Part shown: positions 10,947 to 20,550 of the stretch, in pieces
Layout: every line of letters starts with the position of its first letter
Numbering within the stretch: position 1 is the first letter of the stretch
Origin: Candidatus Latescibacterota bacterium
GTDB lineage: Bacteria; Latescibacterota; UBA2968; UBA8231
Length of the DNA: 64,000 nt
Assembly (NCBI GenBank): GCA_965197905.1
Contig: CBDAOB010000005.1
Coordinates: 2,592,001-2,656,000 of the forward strand
Direction: 5' to 3'
Position numbers and translations under genes: made by a program
Notes under the pieces: model-generated
The model's database searches: none
What the model was told of the DNA's origin: nothing
Seen by the model: the letters and a program-made list of their open reading frames with translations, nothing else

Positions 10947-12053
10947 TTATTCGCGTAACTCGAGGCGGACGAAACCGATGCCACGAACCTCCGGCTGCAG
11001 ACACCAGAACACCACGACCAGGGTGCCGTCCTCGGCTTGAATAACGCAGGGCTCTCCGAAGGCGAAGTCTTGCCAGTCGACGTGATCACCGGAGGTTTTG
11101 GTCTGGGTTCTCAGCTGGGCGGCCCAAACCAGCTGTTCATGTTCGACACCGAAACCAGATTCGGTGGGATTGCATACCGCCAGACGCACCCCTGGTTACC
11201 CGTGTTTGCGCTGATTGTAAACGAACAATGCGCGGTCGTCTGGCAGAGCTGCCAGACCCGTGGACTGACCGCGTATTCCGGTCGACAAGGTTGGCGACCA
11301 ACTAGCTCCCCCATCCGAGGACAACGCATAGGTGTTTTCGTACTCCGCCTCATCGTTCAGGTCGAGGTGCCAGCAGGTCCCCAGCAATCGACCGTCGGCC
11401 AGCTCGACCACCCAAGCTTCGGCGCCCCCCGATTCGACTTCGGCAAACCGCATCATCGAGTTGGATGACCAGCTCTTGCCGCGGTCGTCGCTCCGCATGA
11501 ACACGATCTGATTGCGATCCACTACGACCTTCGAGTCGAAGGTGTTGTACGGGGCGTAACAACAGATCCAACCTCCGTCACTGGTCGCGCACATAGCCCC
11601 CGGTGATTCGGCGGCACCTGGAATCGGCATGGGAAGCGGTTCGGGTTCGGTCCAAATACGACCGTCATCTGCGGAAACAGACCAAACAAGCTCGTTCTGT
11701 TTTATCCCGTGTGTAGCATCTGACCAAAACGACTCACCCGGCTCGTCGATTGGCGTGCGATTCCCGAAGAAGAGCAGCTCCCCATCAAGCCCTCGGCTTA
11801 CGGAACCGAAGATGCTGTACTTCATGGCGAGGTGGGGCCACATCAGACCTTGATACCTCCAGGTTTTTCCGTCGTCGAGGGAGCGCGAAACGGTCGGTTT
11901 GAAATCGTTCAAGCCGAGTGCTGTCTGGGTTTGGTAGTTGCAGACGATGGAGCCGTTTCGGGCCAGCGCGGTGCGCGGACCGCAGACCGCTGCCGTCGAT
12001 CCGCTTGAGGGCTGCGTGGTGACAAAACCCTCGTCCAGTGTTTCGAATTGCAT
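10947..12053 (-). CDS. Sialidase/BNR (Asp-box) family protein, interrupted by an in-frame TAA at 11196-11198
   Basis: Asp-boxes SLDDGKTW, SADDGRIW, SDDRGKSW, SSDGGASW. The frame continues GGG TAA CCA GGG GTG into ORF 10947..11189 (FAFGEPCVIQAEDGTLVVVFW). Confidence 0.75.
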
Positions 12054-12124
12054 GCTCAGTCCTTTCGACTTTGCTCAGCGCCTGGACGTTAGGCGGGGCT
12101 AAGCAGCCAAAAGCGCCACCGTGA

Positions 12125-13024
12125 TCAGGTGGCGTGAAATCCGTGGATCAACTCTTCGATCTGCGCGTTTCCATCGATGCCTCGGCCCGGATGAATGATC
12201 AGCCGGTAGCGGAAAACCTCCGCCCGGCCTGAGTCGATCGTGAGACTGGCATCGACGTTGTCATCGCCGGTGAAATCATGCAGACCGAAAGGATTGGCTG
12301 TGAAGAGGCCGTAGCCGCGCACGTGCCAGTGGCTCGGGTGACGCGGATTGGAACGATGGTCGACCACCGTCATCCCCCACTGGTCGCCGTTGGCGACAGG
12401 TCCGGAGTAATCGACCCACTGGGCTGCTTTTCCCCAGGTCTCCTCTTCCCCTTCCCCCTCGTACACCAGACCTTCCGAATTGGCGATGCGGCCGGCTTGT
12501 GCCGCATCCATGCTGCTGGCTACACGTATCGCCAGCAGTCCCCCCTCCTTCGTGTCGCCGAACACCACGTCCCCAAAACGGGCGCGAAACTCGCTGCGGT
12601 GATCGAGAATGCGGACTGGACCGTCCGCCCTGATCGCAATAGTGCGCCGTTCCTCCAGCAGGCGCTGTCCCTCGGGCCCAAACCAATCGACGATACCGTC
12701 GATCTCTGCACGGTCGTCGACGATGCCGACCACAGGCTGTCCGCGCTGCAGCATGGTTCCGTGGTCGAGGTGTTCGTCCCAGAGGTTATAACCATTTACC
12801 AAACCGTGGCAGACGTAAATACTCCTGTGCCAGTAGTGGTCGTCCGTCTCCCCTTCGAACTTCTCGGTCGGATAACCGCGCGTCAGCCGTTGCCCATCGG
12901 GCGTCAGCACTGGGTAGAGGTACGGCTTGCAGACGAAATGACCGTAGCGATACTCGGTGAACAGGCTTCCTTCTACCGTAACTACCGCTTTGAATTCATC
13001 GGGGTGTAGCCGTATACCGATCAT
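12125..13024 (-). CDS. DUF6807 / so-called PmoA-family sugar-utilisation protein
   Basis: KPYLYPVLTPDGQRLTRGYP, DHYWHRS, FGDTKEGG, HPSHWHVRGYGLFTANPFG motifs. Confidence 0.8.
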   Translation of the reverse strand: MIGIRLHPDEFKAVVTVEGSLFTEYRYGHFVCKPYLYPVLTPDGQRLTRGYPTEKFEGETDDHYWHRSIYVCHGLVNGYNLWDEHLDHGTMLQRGQPVVGIVDDRAEIDGIVDWFGPEGQRLLEERRTIAIRADGPVRILDHRSEFRARFGDVVFGDTKEGGLLAIRVASSMDAAQAGRIANSEGLVYEGEGEEETWGKAAQWVDYSGPVANGDQWGMTVVDHRSNPRHPSHWHVRGYGLFTANPFGLHDFTGDDNVDASLTIDSGRAEVFRYRLIIHPGRGIDGNAQIEELIHGFHAT

Positions 13025-13042
13025 CCTCTCGTTTTCTTTTGA

Positions 13043-14380
13043 TCACGTCACCGCACAACACTTCTTGAATTTCTTTCCGCTGCCGCAGGGACATGGATCG
13101 TTTCGTCCGGGCACCCTTGTTCGGTTCGAGTCGTTCAATTCGTCTTTCGCCTTAACCCAGTTCATCACATTGGCCGCCGCCCGTCGCTGCCGCAGCTCGT
13201 TCGCCATGAACCTCATATACGGATCGACGTGGGAAAAGTAGAGCTTGTACCCTTTGCAAAGGTAGTTCAGTCCATCCTCACCCGACGGGGTTCTTATGAA
13301 ACGATGCTTGGGGCAGCCTCCGTTGCAGGCGAATTTGTACTCGCATTGCCGGCAGTATTGCGGAAGACGGTCCCGCTTGTCGGTGCCGAACTTCCGCTGT
13401 GGAGCGCTCGCCACCATCTCTTTGATCGTTTCGTCCCGAACATTGCCAAGGCGATAGTCTGGATAGACGAAATGGTCGCAGCTGTAGAGATCGCCGTTGT
13501 GCTCGATGATCAGGGCGTTGCCGCACGTTTCAGCGAATATGCATAGACTCGCGTCCTCACCAAGAAAGGAACCGAGGGTGACATCGAATATCTGCACGAA
13601 ACGCTCGCCCACATCACGTCGCACCCAAGTATCGAAAATCGAACACAAGAATCGGCCGTACTGCAGCGCTCCGACCGACCAGTTCGAAACCTTCGCTGCA
13701 CCGTCGAACTCTGGATTCACGAGCTCGAGGCCGGCGTCATCCGCTTCCCGAGCGATGCGCTCCACAATCGGAATGAACTGCATGTAATAGCTGCCGATTT
13801 CCGTGAGAAAGTCGTACACCTCGCCGGGATGATCGGCGTTGTGCCGTTGCAGGACAGTCAAGGTATTGAATTCCACCTCGTGTTTCTTCAGCACATCGAG
13901 ACCAGCCATTACGCGATCAAAGGTCGGGTTCTGCCCCTTGTCGACCCGATAACGATCGTGCATTTCCCGTGGGCCATCGATCGAGATCCCGATTAGGAAC
14001 CGGTTTTCGGCCAAGAACTCGCCCCACTCGTCGTCGATCAATATTCCGTTGGTCTGGAACGCGTTCGTTATCCGCTTGCCGTCGGCGTACTTCTCCTGAA
14101 GGAGGAGCGCACGGCGGTAGAAGTCGACGCCCATCAAGGTTGGCTCGCCGCCCTGCCAGGCGAAGTCCACCGCGGGAACGTCCTGAGCGGCTATATACTG
14201 GGATACATACTGTTCCAGCACCTCGTCATCCATGCGCCAGGATTTGTTGAGGTCGGGATAAAGCTTCTCCTTTTCAAGATAGAAGCAGTAATGACAGTCG
14301 ATATTGCAGACAGACCCCGACGGTTTGGCCATTACGTGGCTGGCGACGGGACGCTCGGATTGTTGGAGGAGGTCTGTCAT
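13043..14380 (-). CDS. Anaerobic sulfatase-maturating radical SAM/SPASM enzyme with C-terminal SEC-C motif
   Basis: KPSGSVCNIDCHYCFY (CxxxCxxC), WQGGEPTL, SPASM cysteines (CDHF, CRQC, CNGGCPK), GRNDPCPCGSGKKFKKCC. Confidence 0.93.
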   Translation of the reverse strand: MTDLLQQSERPVASHVMAKPSGSVCNIDCHYCFYLEKEKLYPDLNKSWRMDDEVLEQYVSQYIAAQDVPAVDFAWQGGEPTLMGVDFYRRALLLQEKYADGKRITNAFQTNGILIDDEWGEFLAENRFLIGISIDGPREMHDRYRVDKGQNPTFDRVMAGLDVLKKHEVEFNTLTVLQRHNADHPGEVYDFLTEIGSYYMQFIPIVERIAREADDAGLELVNPEFDGAAKVSNWSVGALQYGRFLCSIFDTWVRRDVGERFVQIFDVTLGSFLGEDASLCIFAETCGNALIIEHNGDLYSCDHFVYPDYRLGNVRDETIKEMVASAPQRKFGTDKRDRLPQYCRQCEYKFACNGGCPKHRFIRTPSGEDGLNYLCKGYKLYFSHVDPYMRFMANELRQRRAAANVMNWVKAKDELNDSNRTRVPGRNDPCPCGSGKKFKKCCAVT

Positions 14381-14465
14381 GTCGGGAATTTCACTGTTTG
14401 TGGACCCATTTTTTGAACGTGGTTATGATAGAGCTTTTGAATTGTGGGGGCAATTGACCGATACC

Positions 14466-15146
14466 ATGCGAACGATCTTCGTGGGTGACGTTCACGGCTG
14501 TGTGGCCGAGCTTCGCGAATTGCTGGCCAAGCTTGCGTTTAATGCCTCGGTTGATCGCTTGCTGTTGACTGGGGACGCTTTCACGAGGGGACCCGGACCG
14601 CTGGCCGTGTGGCAGCTGATCGAAGATCTCCAACCGGAGATGGTCTTGGGCAATCACGACAATCGGTTGATGGGCCAGTTGCGCGACTACAGCGACGGTC
14701 AGACACCCAAGTTTCGCAACGCAGATCAGGAATCGGTTTTTTCGGCGTTGCTCCCCGTATCCGGCAAGCTGCTTGCCTGGCTGGAATCTGTCCCACTCTA
14801 CATTCTCGAAGAGCAGTTTCTGCTCGTGCACGCCGGAATCAACCCCGAGCTCGGGCTCGACGGAACCTCCCGCGAAGAATTCCTGGCCATCCGCACCTGG
14901 CCCCCAAGAAAGGGGATCGAGGGACCCCGGTGGCACGATCATTACAACGGCGACACCGAAGGCCGAATACTGATTTTTGGCCATGATGCCCCGGGAGGTC
15001 TGGTGGTGCGATCTGATTCCGCAGGCTCACTGTACATGGTCGGCCTGGATTCTGGCTGTGTATACGGCGGAGAGTTGAGCGCGTTCGTTCTTGAAGAAGA
15101 GCGTTTCGTGCAGGTCGAGAGCCGCCAACACAGCAGACCGTCCTAG
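14466..15146 (+). CDS. Metallophosphoesterase (ApaH/PrpA-like)
   Basis: GDVHGC, GDAFTRG, GNHD, VHAG, FGHD, LDSGCVYGG motifs; start at ATG 14466. Confidence 0.88.
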   Translation: MRTIFVGDVHGCVAELRELLAKLAFNASVDRLLLTGDAFTRGPGPLAVWQLIEDLQPEMVLGNHDNRLMGQLRDYSDGQTPKFRNADQESVFSALLPVSGKLLAWLESVPLYILEEQFLLVHAGINPELGLDGTSREEFLAIRTWPPRKGIEGPRWHDHYNGDTEGRILIFGHDAPGGLVVRSDSAGSLYMVGLDSGCVYGGELSAFVLEEERFVQVESRQHSRPS

Positions 15147-15210
15147 TCCCGTTTGCAGGACGCCGTACCGCGGGTCAATTGCGTGGGGTCGCTTGACTCC
15201 ACTGTTTTTG

Positions 15211-15239
15211 TTGCGCACATGACGGCGATTGGGTAACCT
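15211..15239 (+). promoter_or_regulatory. Putative sigma70 promoter for the riboswitch leader
   Basis: TTGCGC-N17-TAACCT, ~55 nt upstream of the riboswitch P1 stem. Confidence 0.4.
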
Positions 15240-15292
15240 TGGATAGTGTGTCGCGGATCGAATCGCGGCGCGTATCAACGGATATACAGAGT

Positions 15293-15511
15293 ACCGGTTC
15301 AGGTGCTGGACACCGATCGCCTACAGTTTCCCGGTCGGTGTCTGGAGAATAGGGCAGGCAGTGAAAATCTGCCGCGGTCCCGCCACTGTGACCGGCCGTC
15401 TCGTTTGTTGGGACGCTCCATCTGTATCGACGGCAACGTCGAACCCACTGGTGCAAACCGGGAAGGGGCAGTTGGAGGACGCCGGAAGCCAGGAGACCTG
15501 CCAGAACCGCT
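15293..15511 (+). ncRNA. Cobalamin (B12) riboswitch
   Basis: P1 pairing CGGTTC (15295)/GAACCG (15504). Contains AGGTGC, AATAGGGCAGGCAGTGAAAATCTGCCGCGGTCCCGCCACTGTGA, CCACTGG...GGGAAGG and the B12 box AAGCCAGGAGACCTGCC. Confidence 0.93.
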
Positions 15512-15561
15512 GGTGTCAAGCGAGCCTTCGGAAGAAAGGCGAACCACCGCATTCGGGACTT

Positions 15562-15593
15562 ACCCGGCCGCGCTAGTGGTCGGGTTTTTGTTT
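15562..15593 (+). terminator. Intrinsic terminator, expression platform of the riboswitch
   Basis: ACCCGGCCGC-GCTA-GTGGTCGGGT forms a 10-bp stem (two GU pairs) followed by TTTTGTTT, between the aptamer and the start codon. Confidence 0.75.
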
Positions 15594-15679
15594 GCTCCCA
15601 CCGTTCAGCGGTTTTCTGCCGATCCTTCAATCCGCCGCACCGTATTCTGCCCATCGTCACTCTTCAAAGGAGGAACACA

Positions 15680-17089
15680 GTGGATCGCACGTCCGTGTTG
15701 TGGTGTATCATCCTGGCGGGATTGATCAACGCCGCTGCCGCATTCGGCCAATCACCCTTGTTTGTCACTACGACCAACTTCGAGACCGGGAGCACCGCCT
15801 TCCTGGCGGCAGAAGCCGAGGAGGCTGAGGTGAACCTCCTTACCATTCACGGAGATGCCGTAGCGCGGTTTCATCGGGGAAAGATCTACGTAATCAACCG
15901 CCTGGGGCAGGACAACATCCTGGTGCTCGACCCTCGTGATCTGCGCCGGCCAGAGTTGCAGTTTTCGGTGGGCAACGGCTCCAACCCATACGATATCGAG
16001 GTGGTCTCCGAGGCGAAAGCCTACGTGTCCCGGTTGGCGATGACGGAGCTTCTGATCGTGGATCCTCGAGACGGTCGCGAATTGGGGACGGTAGACCTCT
16101 CACTGTTCGGCGATGAGGACGGCTTCCCGGAAATGGCCGAGATGGCGGTGGTCGGCAAGCGCCTCTACATAGCGTGCCAGCTGCTCGACACCTCGACCTT
16201 CATCCCTGCTCCCCAGGGTCTCATCGTAGTAGTCGACATCGAGACAGACCAAGTTGTCGATATGGACCCCGACCGCGATGGGGTGCAGGGTTGGACCTTG
16301 GCCGCGGGCAATCCGCTCTCTCTGGTGGCACTGGAGAATCAGTTGTTCATTTCCGAAACCGCAGCTTTTCTTGACACGAAAGGCGGCATCGAAGCTATCG
16401 ATGTGGCAGCGGGAACGAGTAGAGGATTGGTGGTGACCGAAGGCGAGCTCGGGGGCGACGTTGGCGCACTGGATATGGTCACTCCCACTCGCGGGTACGT
16501 GGTGGTTTCGGACGCCAGCTTTGCCAATCACGTAGTGCCGTTCGATCTCGCAACAGGGACGGTTGGCGAGCAACTTACGGGTCATTCCACCGGCTTCATT
16601 CCGTCCATTGCCGCCGACGGCAGCCGGCTCGTGGTAGCAGACACCGGCACCTTTGACGGCAGCAGCCCCGCCGGTCTTCTCATCTACGATGTCTCCACCA
16701 ATGCGCTGACCGCCGGGCCTATTTCCACTGGGCTGCCGCCGTCCGACATTGCCGTACTGAGGGAGCGGTCGACGGCAACGGCAGTCGAGGATGTCGCGGC
16801 CGCCCTGCCAGGAAGGTTCGTCTTGAGTGCGGTCTATCCAAATCCTTTCAACGCCGAGGTTTCGATCGCCTTCGAGGCGATGGCCGACCGGCCGATGGAA
16901 CTGGCGGTGTATGACCTCCTGGGGCGCCGCGTGAATATTCTCAAAGCTGGCTACGCGACCCGCGGACCACAGACCGTTGTCTGGAATGGACTCGACGACG
17001 CGGGAATGGTGGTGGGCTCTGGTGTCTACCTCCTGCGCCTCCGTCAGGGTTCGCGTCAAACCTCGGCAAAGGTAGCTCTATTGAAGTAG
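15680..17089 (+). CDS. Secreted YncE/BtuG-like beta-propeller with C-terminal FlgD-Ig domain; probable cobamide-binding protein
   Basis: RBS GGAGG before GTG. Signal peptide. Propeller repeats (KIYVINRLG, NPYDIEVVSEAKAYVS, RLYIAC). C-terminal VYPNPFNAEV...GVYLLRL. Lies directly downstream of the B12 riboswitch. Confidence 0.75.
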   Translation: MDRTSVLWCIILAGLINAAAAFGQSPLFVTTTNFETGSTAFLAAEAEEAEVNLLTIHGDAVARFHRGKIYVINRLGQDNILVLDPRDLRRPELQFSVGNGSNPYDIEVVSEAKAYVSRLAMTELLIVDPRDGRELGTVDLSLFGDEDGFPEMAEMAVVGKRLYIACQLLDTSTFIPAPQGLIVVVDIETDQVVDMDPDRDGVQGWTLAAGNPLSLVALENQLFISETAAFLDTKGGIEAIDVAAGTSRGLVVTEGELGGDVGALDMVTPTRGYVVVSDASFANHVVPFDLATGTVGEQLTGHSTGFIPSIAADGSRLVVADTGTFDGSSPAGLLIYDVSTNALTAGPISTGLPPSDIAVLRERSTATAVEDVAAALPGRFVLSAVYPNPFNAEVSIAFEAMADRPMELAVYDLLGRRVNILKAGYATRGPQTVVWNGLDDAGMVVGSGVYLLRLRQGSRQTSAKVALLK

Positions 17090-17119
17090 TAGGTCGGATG
17101 CTAAGACCCAGGTGATGGG

Positions 17120-19982
17120 TCAAAACGTCCGGCGACGGCTCAGATCGATGGCGTGGGTCTGCACGGAACCGCTACCTGAGTATTTGGCCAGGAACCAGGC
17201 ATCGGACCTCTTTTCAACCTGGAACTCCAGCTCGAACGCCTGTTTTCCCAGCCAGGGTAACGAGACCCACCAGGGTGCTTGAATGCTCTCGGCGAGGGGT
17301 CGGAGCGGTTCGTTCCGCTTTGCGGTCTCTAAGAACTCCCTGTCCTGTGCGAACCAGTCCTCGATCTGTTTCTCGGTCGCTCCCCGGTCAGATCCGGCGG
17401 TCACGAAAACCGCCAGACTGATCGGTTGAGGCCGCTTCTCGGTCCAGCTGGACCAGACGTTTCCCTGCAGTTGGTAGCGCACCACGTACTCACCTGGCTC
17501 GAGTCCCGATAAGGGTTCGACAACGGCCATGCCATCGGCAGCAGCCGTCGATGTCAGGTCGGAGAACCGCTGCACCGGTTCGTTGATCGCGGGGGGCGAT
17601 TCGGGATGATAGTCGAGGTTTATCCGCTCCAGCGACAGCTCGCCGTCGCCGGAGAAGAGTATGTGTGTGTAGCCCAGCCAGGGCCGCCGAACGGAAAAGC
17701 TTGTCTCCCACTGACCGCCTTCCTGGGGGTTCAGGGGTTTCGTGGTACGGCGTTCCCAGGAAGAGATCGCAGGTACCGTCATTCGTGCGGAAAACAGCAG
17801 ATGTCCCGGCACCTGCCCGGACTGAGAACGTGCGATTACATCTGGAAGAAATATGCGATAGCGTCCAGACTGCAGAAACGGCATGTAGGTCGAGGTCAAC
17901 AATCCGGCCGAATGTTTGCCAGCGACTGCCGCGAAGCGGCGTCCTTCGTGTCGTTCACCCGTGCGCTCCACCTCGCGGTGCACCAGTGTCGAGCGCACCA
18001 TGCCACGCATGGGCTCTCCGTCTCTTGCGAAGTCGATATTGGCTAAGTCTGGCAATACCGCAGCCTTCAAGCGAGACCCCAGTGTTTCCGTGCGGCCCCA
18101 CAGGAACACCACTACACAGATCGCGACCAGGCAGGCCACTCGCCGCAAGCGATGCAGGGCGCGGTCGGCGATCAACAGGTAGATGGCGCCGAACCCCAAC
18201 AGCCCCCAATTGAGCAGATCCCACAGGTAGGTGTTTGCGTGAGAGGCCGAATAGAAGTGAACGTGCCACGGATAGTACTGGTTGATAGAGCGATTCGCCA
18301 GATTGTACCCGTCGTACCCCGTTTCCGGAATCACGATCGTATCGAGCAAACCGTCCGCGCCGATGGCAAGCGCCAGCAGCGCCAGGAAGAACCCTAAGAT
18401 TCGATGGCGGATCACTTCTATAGCAATCGCCAGGCACAGGACCAACGCGGGCAAGGCGGTTAACAAAAAACGGGCGGGGAAGCAGAATCCAAAACCCCAA
18501 TCGGTGTGCAGCCCGTTGACCATCGCCGAGACGCCGTAGATTCCAACCGCCAGGGCGAAGCGACGGTCACGGACGCGCGCGAGAATGACCAACCCGGCCA
18601 GGCTCAAAAGGAATATCGGGGAGGAATTTGCGATGCCTTTGCGCACGTGAAACCAATGGCCCGGAAGCGAAACGGACCAGGTGGAAGGATTGAGCGCACC
18701 CTCTTCCCACGCGTTGCCTGGCCGAAACGGACCCATCCAATCGCCGCTGAAAGCGTAGTTGAAGGAGACGATCGCGTAGAGTCCGCAAAACCCCACGATT
18801 CCCAGGATGCCCAAGGCGAGATTTCGCCTCGGCGAGTACCATGTCTGCAGGATGATAAGCGCGCCTCCGCCAAGGGCGATGGGTGCGAACCGCGGGTGGA
18901 GGAACGGAAGCGCAATCAAGAGCGCCGCCAGTATCCCGATCCATAGCGGTTCCGGTCCCCCCAGGGGGCGATAGCCTCCCCCGGGTTTCTGCCAGCGCCG
19001 TGGCCGCGAGTAGCGCTAAGAAAATGACCAGAGCAGGCACATCTGGGAAAAGCTGATTGCTAAACGGGAACAGCGGGGCTGAAAGCGCCAAGATTGTGGT
19101 CGATGTCCAGGCGACCCAGGGCCTAGTACCCAATCGCAGTAGCCATAGAAGACAGAGGGAGACACACCCCGCAGCGATGGCGGCCATCGCCAACGCGCAA
19201 GTCAGGCGGGGATTCCCCCACCAGCTCAACCCGAGCTCGTAGAACGGCATGAGCAGTACGGAGAGTCCGATCGGGTGCACGGAATAGAGCTTCCCGGGGG
19301 GCGAGGAGGAAGCCTTGTGCACGTCGAATCTCAGGTTGTGGAACTCGGCGATGTGGTGATCGTCGAGATTGTTGGTCAGATCCATGTCGCCGTCCCGCAG
19401 CAGACTTTGCGTCACGCGCAGGTACTGACCTTCGTCCCCGTGCAGGAGGGTTACCTGGCAAAAGTAGAAGGTGTAGGCGCCGTAGACAGGTAAGGCAATC
19501 GCCAGGGCGATCAGTGACGCCCGCACTGGCGTTAGAGTCTTTTTGTCTCCCCGCTGAACCGACGGAAGATGGAGGTAGAGAAGCCAGGAAAGACCGAGCG
19601 CCCAGGTGCAATGAGGCGACCAGAGGAAGGTGATGAAAGGTAGGAAATAGGTTGGCAGATCCCAGAGCGCGAGCAGTTTCACAGCACTGGAGACAGCACA
19701 CAGTACCGTCATCTGCCGAACCCGTTCACCTAACGCCGCAGCCTCCTCATCAGCAAAGCGCGCATGCGCCATGATGATTCCACCAATCCCGAGAAACCAG
19801 GGCAGGACAAGCCAGGTTGGCTGCCAGCGGGGATTGACGACGGCAAGCTCCAAAACCTCCCGAGAGGCAGCCATATCCACGTCGATGCAGTTGATCAGAT
19901 ACCACACCAACCAGGTTGTCGCAGCGGCGCAGATATCTGCGGACGGGTACCTGAGCAGATTGTACCTGGGAGGGATAATCAC
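17120..19982 (-). CDS. Large polytopic GT-C-like (PMT/DPM-type) membrane glycosyltransferase candidate with C-terminal soluble region (~953 aa joined; frameshift near 18995)
   Basis: HGDEGQYLRVTQSLLRDGDMDL loop, YSVHPIGLSVLLMP, many TM segments, GFCFPARFL. ORFs 18567..19982 and 17120..18919 join via WQKPGGGYRPLGGPEPLWIG. Confidence 0.6.
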
Positions 19983-19983
19983 C

Positions 19984-20544
19984 TCACGTCGTTCTGAGGT
20001 TGGAATCGAGAGGGAACAGCTCGTTCAGCACCATGAATGGCTTCCCGCCGTGGACGAGACGGAAGCTGCGGCTGGCGCATCTGATACCGGCGAACAGCCG
20101 AATCGCTGGAATCTCCTTTAGTGCCTCTTCTCCGTACCAGAGCAGCTCGCGATGGGTTTCGGCGCCACTCTGTTGCAACAGCTGACCCAGTCCCACTTGT
20201 TGGGATTCGATCCCAGCGCGAAGAGTGGGCGGTAGACGATCGAGCACCATGCGGGATTCCCCGACGACGTAGAGGCGCGAGCTCTGCTCCCCGCTGAGAT
20301 ACACGGTGCGCCGCACGATCTCGCTTCCGACCGCAATATCCAACCAGGGATCTGCTTCCTCACAATGTAATCTCGTCTGATCGAGACAGACGACCCGCAC
20401 CATCTCTCCTTCGAATGCTTCTATGAATTGGGTGACAAACCCCGGGATAACCATGAGACCCCGATGAAAGGGCGTCAGGGATTCGAGATCTATATCGCCG
20501 ATGTGGTCAGGTTTGTGAGTCTGAGCAACAAAAAGCTCGTCCAT
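19984..20544 (-). CDS. Chorismate pyruvate-lyase family protein (UbiC/Rv2949c-like)
   Basis: LTPFHRGLMVIPGFVTQFIEA, RRTVYLSG, ESRMVLDRLP, GLGQLL, ETHRELL, PFMVLNELFP pattern. Confidence 0.72.
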   Translation of the reverse strand: MDELFVAQTHKPDHIGDIDLESLTPFHRGLMVIPGFVTQFIEAFEGEMVRVVCLDQTRLHCEEADPWLDIAVGSEIVRRTVYLSGEQSSRLYVVGESRMVLDRLPPTLRAGIESQQVGLGQLLQQSGAETHRELLWYGEEALKEIPAIRLFAGIRCASRSFRLVHGGKPFMVLNELFPLDSNLRTT

Positions 20545-20550
20545 TCGTTC

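Noticed and set aside
11196..11198. Stop-codon recoding (Sec/Pyl or alternative genetic code)
   Set aside because: The codon is TAA, which terminates many intact genes in this window.
12060..12080. CCTTTCGACTTTGCTCAG resembling a REP-like half element
   Set aside because: Single degenerate copy, no partner arm, and no second copy noticed in the window.
12125..13024. PmoA label suggesting methane monooxygenase
   Set aside because: Soluble DUF6807-type protein with no TM helices and no pmoB/pmoC; the family name is misleading.
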